Part shown: in pieces, positions 12,255 through 25,296 of the stretch
Numbering within the stretch: the stretch's first letter is position 1
How the letters are laid out: the number at the start of each line of letters is the position of its first letter
Assembly: GCA_965153285.1 (NCBI GenBank)
Contig: OZ229111.1
DNA length: 64,000 nucleotides
Strand: one strand, 5' to 3'
Source: Podarcis tiliguerta
Lineage: Eukaryota
Notes under the pieces: generated by a model
Told to the model about the DNA's origin: nothing
The model's input: only the letters and a program-made list of their open reading frames with translations
Databases searched by the model: none
Program-made: the position numbers and the translations under genes

Positions 12255-13699
12255 GTACATAGCATTGGGAGGGAGGCCACCATTTTGTCCTTCACCTCAC
12301 TGTCACCAATTGCCATAGACCAGTCCTGGCTGCACTAAAGCACCCACTCCTAAATTAAGCAGATGTGCTCTGAAGACCAGGAAAATAATAAGGCATCACA
12401 CAATTGCCAGCATTGCCCTGTCAGTAAGGGCCAGCTCCTGTAATGATGAGACTTTCCCCCTGTTTGCTTATATCACTGCCCTCTGCAAACCTGGAAACTT
12501 CCCCTTGCCAACTCTGGCATTGTCTTTTGCTAACTTCCCCAAAGCTCAGGATGGGGCCCAGCCATTTGCTTCACTGATGACTTCTCTCTCTGTTTTTCTG
12601 TTAGGTCAACGACTCAGCCATTCTGGTGATTATGTCTGGCTGTTTCCTTGTCTCAGAAAGGACTGGCTTAAAATCCAGCCTGACTAACCCCAGGAATTTA
12701 GGAGTTCTAACCCTTTACAGAATTTTAGCGAAGTATTGCCCTCTACCTCAAACTTATAACCGTATTCTAGTCTAGCTTTCTAGTGACTACTGGTTTCACT
12801 CCCTCATCCCCTTTTTGGCATGAAAATGCTGTTTAGTCAGACTGCAGGAATATAGTCTAGACACAGATTTCAGTCTGTGAGATCCCACTAACATTTATTT
12901 ACTTCATTATAAACTTTCTGCCTGGCCTCTCTTTTCCTTCACTCTGGCTTTAACGTCAATAAAGTTGTACTTGAATTATAGTGGTGTTAAAACAGAACCA
13001 CAGTGAGTAGCTCTGAATGCAGAACTACCTGAAATAGCTGTCAGCCATAGATTTCCCCTCTGCATTCTCTTTTGCTTCTCTCCCATCATGATGCTTCTGA
13101 ATTCTTTCAGGTTCCATGAAGCCATAATTCTTTCCTCCTTTTTTTTTTTTTTGGTGCTGTAAAGGTGGATAACGAACATCTGTTCTGAAAGCACCCTGAT
13201 AGGAGAAAAACAGGTTCTGGCTGGAATATCACTTGATATCTCACCTTTGCAGTGTCTGCTTTTTATGCCTATTGTTCACGCCATTTCTAAAAATAAGATT
13301 TATTGTAAGGTAAATGGGTAGCAGAGGGAAGGCACTGTGAATGGGATGCCAATTCCAACTGGTATATTATTTTTGCTTCCATGTTGGACTGTATCTAAAT
13401 CTCTTGTCTATTATTGTATGTTTTTCCCGTTGGATAAACTGAATGCATTTAGATAGAACTGAATATAAGAGCCTAGTTTCTAAATATTGCATGTGTAACG
13501 GCGGCAGCTCTTGCTGTATGCTAACATTTTAAATTACCTTAAAAAGGAAAGGAGAAAGGGAATCAGTCTCAAAGAAAACTGTATCCAAAGTTAATGGGCC
13601 CAGTCTCTCTTGTGCGAGAAAGTGTTCGGTTTGGCATGTTAATGTGATAGCACTGCATTCCAGTGAGTGGCTCCCATAAAGGAGAGCAATGTTCAAATA

Positions 13700-13871
13700 A
13701 TGGGTCCACCTTAGGCAAGTCATTACCTTTCTACCTCAGGTGCTTATCTCCAGATGGGGGTATAATAGTACGAAAGCCCCTTCTTTTCAGGAAAATAGTG
13801 AGAATTAATGAAGTACTAGTTAGAAGATGCTTGGCACACTTGAACTGTTTTACAAATGTGTGCCATTATTT
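13700..13871 (+). mobile_element. Ancient MIR/CORE-SINE remnant
   Basis: ACCTTAGGCAAGTCA...CCTCAG...ATGGGGTATAATAGTAC...GTGAGAATTAATGA...TGCTTGGCACA...CCATTATT follows the MIR core layout. Confidence 0.6.
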
Positions 13872-14254
13872 GGAGCTCATCCACAGTCAGGTTTAATGGC
13901 ATTCAATTAGAATAATAGCCATTTTGTAGTCCTACATTTACTTCCATTCAGTCGCTGAGGCACCTGAGGGTTCTGTGCACAAGAAAGGGCCTTGAGACAC
14001 ATGCTCTGCCCAGTTAACACATCATTCACTGTGAACACTCAAGTGCTACTTAGGACTTGGTAGCGGAGTTAAGCACTGTCTCTCTCGCCATTATAGGTTG
14101 GGGGCTAAGATTCTATCCTTTAGCTTGTACTGGTAGTAACTCTCATTTCCCCTATATAGTACTGTGTTAACCTGTTCATCATTCTTTTTTTAAAAAATTG
14201 ATAAGTAATGATATGTATTCTCGCTGCTTCACTGGTCCCACCCCCAAAAGACAC

Positions 14255-14752
14255 TGTCAGGAGTCCAGTTTCCCAGCTTGATAACACAGTAAGCATAGGT
14301 AATTAAAAGGAGGATTTATTGCAAAAGCAAACAGCTCCAGACGGCTCTGACAAAGCCTCTGGCATCATTACTCAAGATGACCCTTCTGAAGACTTCTTCC
14401 GGCCGCAACAGAAGATATTGAACTTATGACTCTTATGTCTCTTGTTTTGCTTTCTATCTAGCAGCCCTCCCATTCGCTGACTCTTCGGACTTAGTGGATC
14501 AGCTCCAACCTCTTCTGTGCTGAGAGGTTGACTCTGAGTCTATTCGCGCCTGTCTGTGCTTCCTACGAGCTTTGGCTGTGTTCTAGCCTGATCTCAGTTA
14601 CTGCCTTATAAGCCTGCCTGTCAAGGTCAGGAAGAGCCGAAGTCTGTAGCTTCCAGCTCTCCCCTGTCTGACTAACATCTAAGCCTCTCTGTTCCTGGCT
14701 GCTTTCTGCAGTTGGCTGCAAATCTTCGCTCGGAGCTGGCTCATTGCTGACA
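14255..14752 (-). mobile_element. Solo LTR (498 bp), probably Ty3/Gypsy
   Basis: Termini TGTCAG...CTGACA; perfect 5-bp TSD GACAC (14250-14254, 14753-14757); minus-strand TATAA (~14607) upstream of AATAAA (~14313). Confidence 0.88.
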
Positions 14753-14899
14753 GACACTGGCCAAATCAATAATAATAAGGGGGGGGGGGCTACTTGCTCA
14801 GGGAGATGAGAAAACTACCTAGTTCTTAACTGAATGTGGCTCTGCAGCTCAGTAGATGGCCAGGCAAAGAAACAGCTCTGGGCATGCTCAGAAATTTAG

Positions 14900-15040
14900 G
14901 AATGATATAGCTGAGTTGGTAAAGCATGAGACTCTTAATCTCAGGGTCCTGGGCTTGAGTCCTATGTTGGGCAAAAGACCCCTGCATTGCAGGGGGCTGG
15001 ACTAGATGACCCTTGTGGTCCCTCTGTGAATGATTCTGAT
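14900..15040 (+). mobile_element. tRNA-Lys-derived SINE with CR1-type tail
   Basis: TAGCTGAGTTGGTAAAGCATGAGACTCTTAATCTCAGGGTC (tRNA-Lys CTT-like) joined to CCTGCATTGCAGGGGGCTGGACTAGATGACC (CR1 3' end). Confidence 0.8.
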
Positions 15041-16885
15041 TTGGCTTACCAGGCTTTCAGAGTCAATGTCCAGCTTCCCTTCCTCCCCATCCCAGTCCGT
15101 GAACAAGAGCTTAAACCCCTGAAAGTTAACAGACCTAATTAAGTCATATAGATTACATAGGCACAGTTTCTGCTCAAAAAAGGACAGCATAAACCTAAGT
15201 CGCAGAGTCTAGAAGAAGACATGAATGGCAAGTAAATCTGCATTTTGCTTTCCCAAAATGTAAACTAGGACCAAGCGGAATCAAAAGGGCATAACTGGAG
15301 GGGGGATTTTCAGTTCATTGTGGGGAATTAATGAGGATTGAGAGAGGGGGGAATTTCCCTGGCACTTTATATGTCAAAAGAGATGCCCTGAGAAATTGTG
15401 GCAATTGGGACCCACTTGGAATCAAAATATGACACCTTTTAGTTTAGTTGCATGCTGTTTATAAAATTGCAGTGTTTAAGAGTCCGCAGTAGCCTTGTGA
15501 GGAGGATGGTGAGAACATCAGAACAACTTGGCTACACACCTGTAACCACTCACTGGCCACACTATTGTGACCTCCCAGCTGCTCCACCAGGTCTAGTGTG
15601 CACCAACCACCTCTGGGTACAGTCTCAGTTGAATTAGACATAGTAATATTAGGATTTCCTTCCTTCCTCTTTCCTACCTATGAAATACTCTCTCAAAACA
15701 GTTGTAACATGCCAGAAGAAACAATTGGACATACTGATAACTTCCCATTCACTTGCCTTCTGGACAGAATGGACACCAGGGAAGCTTTTTGCTTATCATT
15801 TTAATATAAAGTTTTATATAAAGCTGAAATCAGACCTGTGAATACAATGGCCACATTAGTCAACGGGATAATTTTGTGTTTTTCTTTCTTCTTCCTTCCT
15901 GCCTTTAAAAAACACCCTGTGCTTTTCTATAATCAATTCTTCTTTTCCCTTATTGTGTCTTGCACCCTTATCTCACCCCCCCTCTTTTAAACATGTGATA
16001 TTTGTAAGTGCTTTTACAGCATTTCATATTAAGATCTTGGAAAGCAGATTTCACTTTATTGAATTTTGTGAAGTACCCCAAGTGTCAACTTCCCTGGTAA
16101 ATTGAAAACGCGACTCTTTATTTTTCCTCTGTTTCTCTCTCTCTCTCTTAAAATAAAAAAACCCCAGACATTATAGCAGGAGTGCATCCCAAAAATATTC
16201 CCACAACATGTTTTCACAATATTTAACTCAGCGAGTTCACTGCAACACAATGTGGGTAGGACAACTGAACTTAAAATGGCTTTTAGAAAGATTAGAGTCT
16301 GCTGGGTTGGAGTTCACAGGGACAGCCTATGTGTATTCCTTCAGACCCCCACCCCCAAAACACATGGAAAGCAGTGGAACGGACATATCAGCGGGCATGG
16401 GGCGAACATGTGCAACTCCAATTGACCTGTATATGGTCTTAATTACATAGAGATAGAATACCGCAGGACTGGCTTTACCTTTAGGCAGAATGAGTCATCT
16501 GCCTCAGGCAGCTGACTTAGCATGTCACAAAAGGCAGCAGATTGTTAATTATTTAATTTATTGTTCATACAGTTTTACATGTTGCATGCTGCATTGCAGA
16601 TCCCTCATTGAGCAGGCAATTGGCCCACATGACCTCAAACCTGGTGATTCTTATCATTCATTGTGGCCTCCTATGACCTTAATGGTGGAATGCCCCTTTT
16701 ATTCTTTCCACAGCACAGTCTGAGACATGTAGCCAGAAAATGAATGGACCCCAATATAAAGCTGTAGCTCAGTTAAAAAAACAAAAAAGGGACATGCCTG
16801 GCACACAAGAAGTCCTAGGTTCAATCTCCAGCATGGACTCTTGGGGAAATTGTATTGTTTAACCAGAAGGAGTAGTGCTTGTGTA

Positions 16886-17060
16886 CAGTTGTACCTTGGT
16901 AGTCAAACGCCTTAGTTGTTGAACAAATAAGTGAGTGTTCCGGTTTGCGAATGTTTTTTGGAAGCCGAAGCTCCTGCGGCTAATCAGACGGTTTTCGAAC
17001 CGTTTCGGGAGTCAAATGGAGTTCCAGAATGGATTGAATCTGAGAACCAAGATACAACTG
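16886..17060. mobile_element. Tc1/mariner (Tigger-like) MITE
   Basis: TA|CAGTTGTACCTTGG...CCAAGATACAACTG|TA. Confidence 0.88.
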
Positions 17061-17809
17061 TACTCATTTTGTATGGAGCTATTATTCATAATAATTCTGA
17101 TCAAGAAATGGTTCGTAATACATTAAAAAATAAAGAAATTCCTAAGAAATGCGACTCACCTACTGTTTCTGGGAAACTATCAAAGCAATAAATAAATATG
17201 ACACACAGAGAAGACAAACAACTCACTCATTTGATGAGAAATGTAATAAACTGATTAATTTTCGGAATGGGACCTATAAATACAATAGTGCTATACACAG
17301 AGAAATATTTCCATTAAAATAATTTAATACTTTGGAATGGGCTATTTTACATGTATAGTTATCGTCTGTTGTAATATATATTGATTCTATGAGTAATAAG
17401 AAATATAGATTGTTCTTGAGAGGGCTGGTGTTTCGGGAGAGGGTGGAGTTGCAGCTTTAGTAGGAGTTTGCCATATTGTATCCAGTTCTTCACACTACAA
17501 TGGTGAGGGGCAGGCTTGGACTGATTGCTGTGACACTTTCAGATGGAAGCTGAAGTAAATGATAGGATTGAAGGAATCTAGAAGAAGTCTTTAATCCCCC
17601 GCAAGCTACTGAGACAGCCTATGAAGCTGAATGGAGGCACAATTGGTCATCTATTTCTCATTTCACTACCCAGCCTCATTTGAGCCAGCTCGAGTGCTAC
17701 TGATCTGCCTTATTCAACTGTAGAAGAGACAATAAGTAGTTCCCCCTGCTGTGTATGTCAAGGCTCAAAGACCAGGAAGAAGGAAGTAGCAGAAGAAATA
17801 GAAACCAGG

Positions 17810-17945
17810 AGCTGGTTTGACCATGGTTGGTTGGTTTACCACAGCTTAACCATGGTTTACCCAAACCACAATTTGTAAACTAATCTGAAACTTTGATTTC
17901 ACAGCCTGGTTTGCAGTTAACCTCTAGCAATGGTTTAGGTATGTA
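17810..17945. mobile_element. Degenerate palindromic AACCATGGTT-type MITE remnant
   Basis: Clustered AACCATGGTT/TGGTTT/AAACCA motifs. Confidence 0.4.
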
Positions 17946-18159
17946 GAAAACAACAACAAGAAATCACAATTAAGCATTATGTAAGCATAGGCTTATCAGA
18001 ATGTCACTTTTAATATGCATTATATTGATTCCTCCAGGCTTAGGAATCAAATGTTCCCTTTATTATATGACAATCTAAATTGTGTGGTGGTTTGAAAATG
18101 AAAATTAATCATGTCAGAGATATCAGATGACTGTATTTTAAATGAATACATCTAAAGGG

Positions 18160-18548
18160 CCGTCTCTACCACATGTATATACTTGCTTATTAATATTTTC
18201 TTCCAAAGCTCATCTCATTATGCTGCCCATTCAAAACTTAAGCCTCCTCTGTCATGGTGTCCAAACTACATAACTCTTCCTAGGTGTTTCCACCTAGCAC
18301 CAGTATAATTTTCCTTTAGACATCAGGCAAAGTTGGTGTTTCCGCCCCCACTCTTGTGTTTTAATAAAATAAACTCATTTGTTGGTGTTTTTGCCTGTTG
18401 CTTTTTACTTCATTTTGATTTTTATTGTCTGGATTTTCTGCTTCATCATGTTGGTTTGTTGGTTTTATCATGTATTATTTTATTTTAGTGTTTTTATTAT
18501 TGTAAGCTGCCTTGGGGCTGTTTGGAGTAAGGCAGACAATATTAATTC
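18160..18548 (+). mobile_element. Old L2 3' fragment
   Basis: T-rich 3' UTR ending TGTAAGCTGCCTTGGG...AAGGCAG..ATTAATT, like the other L2 tails. Confidence 0.5.
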
Positions 18549-18739
18549 AACCAGTTCCTGTCGGGCAAGGGATCAAATCCTAGAACACAGTATGACTCCA
18601 TGTACAGGAGTGTAAGTGAAACTGGGATGGTGGTATGGGCTCCTTAGGGGAGGAAGGGTGGGATATAAATTGAAAAGAAGGAGAAAGAGTGCTGTCAGGG
18701 TATATACTCTATCAATATTCCACTGTCTCTATCAATGCA

Positions 18740-19965
18740 CATAGAATGGAAATACAGGATGGACTCTAATAACGATTGTAGGGACTGGAGGCAATTTTAG
18801 AAGGAAAAGGTGAAACAACATAGGGAGGAAGAGCTACATCATACATCAAGGATGCGTATACTGTATTTGAGAGGAAATCTACGAATAAGTTGGAACCATA
18901 TGGTAAAAATAAAAGGAGATTCAAATAATAGTGATATCACTTTGGGGGTCTGCTAAAAGAACTTGCATATGCAATCTCAGAGCCTTAGTCTATCACTTTT
19001 GAACATTCTTGTAAGAAGCAAGACTGGAGGTGAGCAGATGCTCCCAAATTCAAGAAGGAGAAAAAATTATCAAAGCAGCTACTGACTGGTTATCTTGGCA
19101 CAGGTTCTAGAACAGATAATTAAGCAATTAGGTTTTGTGCCTTTAGAAACAAAATGCTGATAACAAGGAACTAACCCGGGTTCCTTAAGAACAAGCCATG
19201 CCAGACTAGACTTATCTCTCTTGTTTGATCAAGTTGCTAGTCTGGTAGAACAGGGAAGAGCTGTGGACATAGTATATCTTGATTCAACAAAGCTTTTGAC
19301 AAGGTCCCCCATGATATGAATGTTGGCAAGCTGGTGAAAAATTGGTTAGATGATGTTAGCTGGATTTGTAGCTGGTTGATGGACTGTGCTCAAAGATTCC
19401 TCATCAATGGCTTTTCATCAACCTAGAGAAAAGTGGCCAATGTGTGCTGCAGGTTTATGTCTTGGGCCTGATGTTGTCTGACATCATTATAATTTACTAG
19501 GACAAAGAAGCAGAGGGAATATAGTGGTACCTTGGGTTACAAACACCTCAGGTAACAAACACTTCGGGTTACAAACTCCGCTAACCCGAAAGTAGTACCT
19601 TGGATTAATAAATTTACCTCAGGATGAGAACAGAAATCATGTGGCAGTGGCATGGTGGCAGTGGGAGGCTCCATTAGCTAAAGTGGTACCTCAGGTTAAG
19701 AACGTTTTCAGGTTAACAACGGACCTCCAGAACGAATTAAGTTCATAACCCAAGGTACCACTGTACTCACTAGAACTGCAGAGGACAAAAAAAGCAAAAA
19801 CCAAAACCAGGTAAGGTAGCAGACAAAAATAGAATCCAAGATACCTTGGCAGTATGAAGAATTGGGTCACCCCCCCCAAAAAAAAAACCCTAACAAAATG
19901 AATTTCACAGAGATAAATATTCTACATTCTGGTAGGAAGATTCAGATGCACAAATGGAGGATGGC
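18740..19965 (+). mobile_element. Degenerate CR1 LINE (endonuclease and RT remnants), interrupted by a MITE
   Basis: Frameshifted segments resemble IWVKIKGDSNNSDITLGVC (endonuclease) and GFLKNKPCQT.L...VEQGRAVDIVYLD..KAFDKVPHD (RT); CR1-like sequence resumes at ~19890. Confidence 0.85.
19522..19763. mobile_element. Tc1/mariner (Tigger-like) MITE inserted in CR1
   Basis: TA|TAGTGGTACCTTGGGTTAC...CATAACCCAAGGTACCACTG|TA. Confidence 0.9.
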
Positions 19966-20509
19966 TTCGAAGTGGTACATTAAATGTTTTAGCTTGGTGA
20001 TCACATTATACCAATTAAGAAATGTATAATGTGACTGACAAATTCTATTTCCCCTCCCCCTTTGGAAAAGAGGATGGCTCTTTGTTAGCTATGTAGGCTA
20101 TTTTCCTGCAAAGTCAGCCAATTCAAAGTAGAAATGTTTTACAAAAATGCCAGTAATGAAACAACCTGATTGGCAGTGGAGAGTCAAGCAGCGTACATGT
20201 TTTGGGAGAACTAGACAGTTTCAGTGGCTCACCTGAATTATTTTAGCCATTTGTATGTCAATGACAATCAGAGCAAAACATAAGAGAACAGTCCTCTGAG
20301 TCTCTAAAAGGTAGAGGACACATGGTGACTGAGCAGTGAGCAAGATCGCGTTTCATGATCTATCAGGATTGTGTGTGTTAAAAAGGGATGGCTTCTGCCT
20401 GTAAAGAGAGATTCTATCCGAATGAACAGAGGTTTCCAGATCAATGAAATATTAGATCTCCCTTATGTAACTCCATATTCAAAAGATGATGAAAAGATGG
20501 AGACAATAG

Positions 20510-21012
20510 TAGCGTTGGCTGAGAATTTAGTTCTGATTCACATTTTCATGTGAGCCCACCTACTGCACACTTCCTGAAACAATACACAAACTGTAATACA
20601 AGGATTCTTCAACATTCACAATTTTTTCTGAATTTTGTTGTGCTGTTCTCCAACCGAAAAAAATGTACAAAAATGTGTATTTTAGTGGAAAATATGCATA
20701 AAAATGCATGCATTAATAAAAATAACACAAACAATGCACTATATTAAGGGAAACAGCTTGTAAAAATGTTTAAATATCCAAATGTATATTGGAGAAAATT
20801 GTAAAGAATAAAATATATAGTAGGAGAAATTTTCACTACAACAAATTGTGAGGGCGGTTTTTTTAAAAAAATTAGATTGATTCAAAAATGTGACAAGCTG
20901 AGCTTACAATTGAATAAAATTAGATACTACAATTTCAATAAAAAATGAAGCAGATTTGTTCTGTGGAAAAAAGGTAGGGAATAGACTCAGGGAAACAGTT
21001 CTGGCCATCCCT
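20510..21012. mobile_element. AT-rich non-autonomous DNA transposon, same family as 44988-45415
   Basis: Shares CTGAAACAATA, AAAATGCATAT/AAAAATGTGTAT blocks and TAGGAGAAATTTTC with the 45-kb copy; ends CCATCCCT. Confidence 0.65.
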
Positions 21013-21199
21013 CAAATATAGGGTATTTCTTTTCTGCTAAATATTTGCCATTGCACATTTTCAACAAGTGTAGCAGGAAAATAAATTCACTAGATGTTTA
21101 AAAAATATAAAACCAGGGTCTTCACAGGTTTTTGTTGCAAAGAAATGGAAGGAAGAATGAATTCATTCCACATTGAGAGTTTCTACTGGCAACTTGCTC

Positions 21200-21860
21200 C
21201 ATCACAGCCCTTTCATCCTGGGATGTAGAGTGTATCTCAAGATGGAATGCTCTGAATCCAATGAGCAGTCAATAAACAAGTCTCACTGAATTGGAGAGGT
21301 ATCAGAATTAGGGAGGAGAATTTACTGCAGACAAGGTGAGTGCCTCAAATCCTTCCTGATCATCTTCCGAATCAGTAAAGAACCTATTCCTAACTGGATC
21401 AGACACCCTGCAGATGTAAGGTGGCTCATTAGAGCAACCCAGTTGTCCACATGCCCCACGGCTTCTGATGCAGTGAGGGAGAGGCAAACTTTCTCCTTCT
21501 CCCTACACCAGAGAAGGATCTCTGGACTTTCAGAGGAGGTTCAGAACCTGCTGGACTGTATCTAGTCCTGGATTCATTCTAGGAAGTTTCCACATCCACC
21601 AGAAGCCATAAATTCTGATTCCAGTAGGTTTGGAACTCTACCCTACTCCATGGGACTAATGCACAGTTCTATCCTGATAAACTGGCAGTGAACCATTATC
21701 ACCCAATGAAAGAATGTGGGAGGTAGCCTTGATGTCAAAGGGTAGAGTGAAAAACAAGAAATGGCTGCCAAAGACTGAGCAGGGCTAAGGAAGAGGGATA
21801 TCTGCAATGAAGCCATTTAAGCATCTCAAAATCAGGCTGTATTAGGAGGGGCTCATCAGT
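21200..21860 (+). mobile_element. Possible highly decayed DIRS-type RT/RNase H remnant
   Basis: Scattered resemblance only: TCAAGATGGAATG..AATCC (KME..SI), TGGCTCATTAGAGCA (WLIRA), AAGCCATTT...AATCAGGCTGTATTA (K.F...NQAVL). No intact frame. Confidence 0.25.
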
Positions 21861-22125
21861 CACTATTATGATGTCAGAAGCAATACTGAATAGGTTCTGA
21901 ACAAATTACCACAAAAATGACCCATATGACACTAATGGTTGGAGGGGTGGAAATCAACATTCCATAGCAACATCATATTGTGTTTGAATGTCAGATTCTC
22001 TCCTGCTCCAGAAGGATGGGCCTCATCATTTTTTGGGCACATATCAAACCATGTTTGGAAAGGCCCTCAGAAACAGAACTACTGCATTCCAGGGATTGTG
22101 GCTAGTGACTGCTGATGATGGTACT

Positions 22126-22823
22126 CTTAGAATCATAGAATTCTAGAGTTGCCAGGGACCCCCAGGGTCATCTAGTCCAAGTCCCTGCAATACATGCCTC
22201 TCAACTAATGCATCCATGACAGATGGTCATCCAACCTTTGCTTAAAAATCTACATGGAAGGAGAGTTCACCACTGAAGGAGTCTGTTCCACTGTTGAACA
22301 GCTCTTGGTGTCAGAAAGTTCTTCCTAATGTTTAGTTGGAAGCTGCTTTCATGTAACTTGAACCCACTGGTTAGGGCTCTATCCTCTGGAGCAGGAGAAA
22401 ACAAGCTTGCTCTATCTCCCATCTGACAGCCCTTCAGATAATTGAATATGGCAATCATCTCTCCTCTCAGTCTTCTCTTCCCCAGGCTAAACATATCCAA
22501 TTCTATCAATCATTCCTCATAAGGCTTGGTATCCAGACCCTTGATCATCTTGGTCGCCCTCCCCTGCACAGCTTCTCAATATTCTTCTTAAATTGTGGTG
22601 CCCAGAATTGGGCACAGTAATCCAGGTGTGGTCTGGCCAAAGCAGAATGGAGCAGGACTATTCATTCCCTTGCTCTGGACACTATACTTCTGTTGGTGCA
22701 GCCTAGAATAGCATTAGCCTTTTTTGCTGCTGCATCACACTGTTGGCTCGTGTTAAGCTGGTTGTCTACTAAGACCCTTAGATCCTCTTCAATCCAGATG
22801 TCCCCCAGTTTATATTTGTGCCA
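22126..22823 (-). mobile_element. CR1 LINE 3' portion
   Basis: ORF pieces EEDLRVLVDNQLNTSQQCDAAAKKANAILGCTNRSIVSRARE and LDMFSLGKRRLRGEMIAIFNYLKG...RKNFLTPRAVQQWNRL are typical CR1 ORF2 C-terminus; ATTCTATGATTCT tail at ~22128-22142. Confidence 0.95.
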
Positions 22824-24833
22824 TTTACACGGCCATGAGTGCCATATACATGGCCATGAGTTTTCTTGAAGTAAAAAGCAACCATTCAGCTGAGTGGGGA
22901 ACATACATTTCAGTGATTATAAATTGCATAAACTCACAATTTCACCTTGCCCTAGAGGCATGACAAAAATTCTCATTAGAGTTGGTGGAAGTTTAATAAC
23001 ATGAATTACAACATTGGCTGTTAAATTTCTGCTGTTCTCAATGAAAGTGAAGTACAGAACTCCGAATAACTTTAGCTAAAAATTGTTCAATGGAGCTGAG
23101 AATTGGCAGTTTTTAAAGCAAATGTCTCTACTATTATTGCTGTTGTTCATCTGTTGAGCAGCTGAAGCCCATAGGGCATGGTATACAGAGAGGTATCAGG
23201 TAATAGTGACTGACACCTGAGGCCAGTTGTTAGCGCTGGAGAATTCTTGGCCAGGGCATCAAAATGTTACATATGGAGTCACCTTAATACCAGACTATGA
23301 GCAGCTTTGATGCAGAAAACTCGTTCTAACAACCTCCAGAGCAAAACCGAACCCCATATAATAGTGCCAGTCCTCACCCCTCAGTGGTCCAGCTGGGAGT
23401 GTGAAAACTTGACTGTATACAAAGTCCCTAAAGACCATATTATTTTAGTACAGAAGCTTGAAATTCTAGTGACCTAGAGAAATCTGACAACAGAGTCTAT
23501 TTATAATTTTGACAGTGACTCTTCAAGACATGTTCTTTTCCAGAGTGTAAACAATGACGTGTTGTTGGTTTGTTAAAAAAAAAAAAAAGAGGTGGAAGAA
23601 CTTTTCACTTCTAATTGTCTGACATTTGCAAATTGACACGCAAAAACACTGCAGCATTACTGCTTAGAGAAAACGCTGGAGCCATAATACCACTGTATTA
23701 TATACTTGTATGTGAAATACAGAGCATAGCTTCCATTTGCTATTCTTGCAGAGAATCTGGCCGGAGCTTTTTAAGCAGGGCCTATTGACCAAATGTCAGT
23801 CAGTAATGAAAGGTGTGGCGTTCAGCTCAGCACAGCTGCCAAGAGCTGCTGTACCTGTCAGTTTCATTTGCAATTCAATTGTTTGATACTTTTCTTGGGT
23901 GCCACGAGGCAGTTTAGCATCTCTAGGCCTTTCTGACGGAATAAGATGGCACCTTTTATTATAATCCTTAGAAAGTAAAACTGACAATGCCATCCAAATC
24001 CAGAAAATGGAATTCAATCACTAGGGCATTTCATAATATCGCCGTTGTCAGATATTTTACATTATCGTGACTGTCAGCATCTCACAGAAGTAGTGTTACG
24101 CCACGTAAAATGGATGGCTGGGTTTTAACTATCCAACATGACAAATATGAGGAAGGAGGGGCTCAATTGACATTATGAAATATGGTGGGGGAAATAACCC
24201 CAAGTGTCCCTTGGTCTTTAATGAGCCTTTTGCTCATTTTTATGATCCTCTATGCACTTCAGACCAGTTGGCAAGTGATGGAGAACACACAGGGTATTTA
24301 CAAGCAGGGAGGAAAAGAATAGGCTGTCGGATTCTGACAAATTATCCCTGGAGAAGAAAATAACTCCTTAAGAAATACAGTTGGTGCTAAATTTAATAAA
24401 AGCTGGCTCTGATGGATTCCCTCTGGAATTCCACGAGACCCTTTCATGTGCACTTTATCCCCACTGCTGTCAAGAGTTTCTGAGAAGTTATAACGCAGTA
24501 TCTGAAGAATTTTCCCCTATACCCCAGACTATAATTATTCCCCACCTTGCCCTGAAAAAAGAGGGCAAATCCAGGTGCACAGACCTCTCTTTGTCAGTTA
24601 ATACAAACTTAATTGCCATATTGAGACATCACATTGCTGTCTGCACAAAGTTATTTCTCAAGGACCAGCATAGTTGGGTTAAGATATTTGCTGCACATCT
24701 GCTCAGAATCACAGCAAAGTCCATTTGTGCTTATGCTAGTGATGTGCCGAAATCTGTCCTCCAGTTTCTCAAAAAGTTTTCTTTCCCTCTGAAAAAGACC
24801 TCCATTTATCTGCCTAATTCTATGGGCACTTGA

Positions 24834-24891
24834 GAAATTCATTAGAATTTTGTTCAGTTTAGGAAATTCATTAGAATTTTGTTCAGTTTAG
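24834..24891. repeat. Perfect tandem duplication, 2 x 29 bp
   Basis: GAAATTCATTAGAATTTTGTTCAGTTTAG repeated exactly. Confidence 0.95.
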
Positions 24892-25175
24892 GGTCTTTGG
24901 CTTACCTTATCATTGTTAGGTAAACAACAGTAGAGTGTGCAGAAACATTTCTGTAGCATTCTGCAACATCCCTGACTTCCTGATCTGAAAAAGCTGCCTG
25001 GGAGAAGCTACCTCATGATTATACCTTCCTTGGACTTTTATTGAACTGGGGGCACCTGGGAAGGCTGCAGGCCACAGGTGAGATGATTTGTAGAATGTAA
25101 GAAGGGACAATTCCAAATACCCTTTGGTCACCTCAAAGAGTAAGTTAAATGCAACAATAACCCCAAACAGTGCTA

Positions 25176-25296
25176 CATAGGAACAGTAGAGTGGAAAGGA
25201 ATCAAAAGGGTTATTTAGTCCAATCCCACTTAATGCGGGAATCCCCTCCCCAATGTGGCTCAAACCCACAACCCTGAGATTAAGAGTCTCATGCTG
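25176..25296 (-). mobile_element. tRNA-Lys/CR1-tail SINE, diverged copy
   Basis: CCCTGAGATTAAGAGTCTCATGCT is the reverse complement of the head of the 14900 SINE. Confidence 0.7.

Noticed and set aside
12439-13000. Possible solo LTR (TGTAA start, AATAAA at ~12958)
   Set aside because: No convincing CA terminus, TSD or second copy in the window; left uncalled.
14900-14972. tRNA-Lys gene (and tRNA-like heads at 6115, 33385, 63383)
   Set aside because: Stems are broken and each head is fused to a SINE body or tail, so these are SINE heads rather than tRNA genes.
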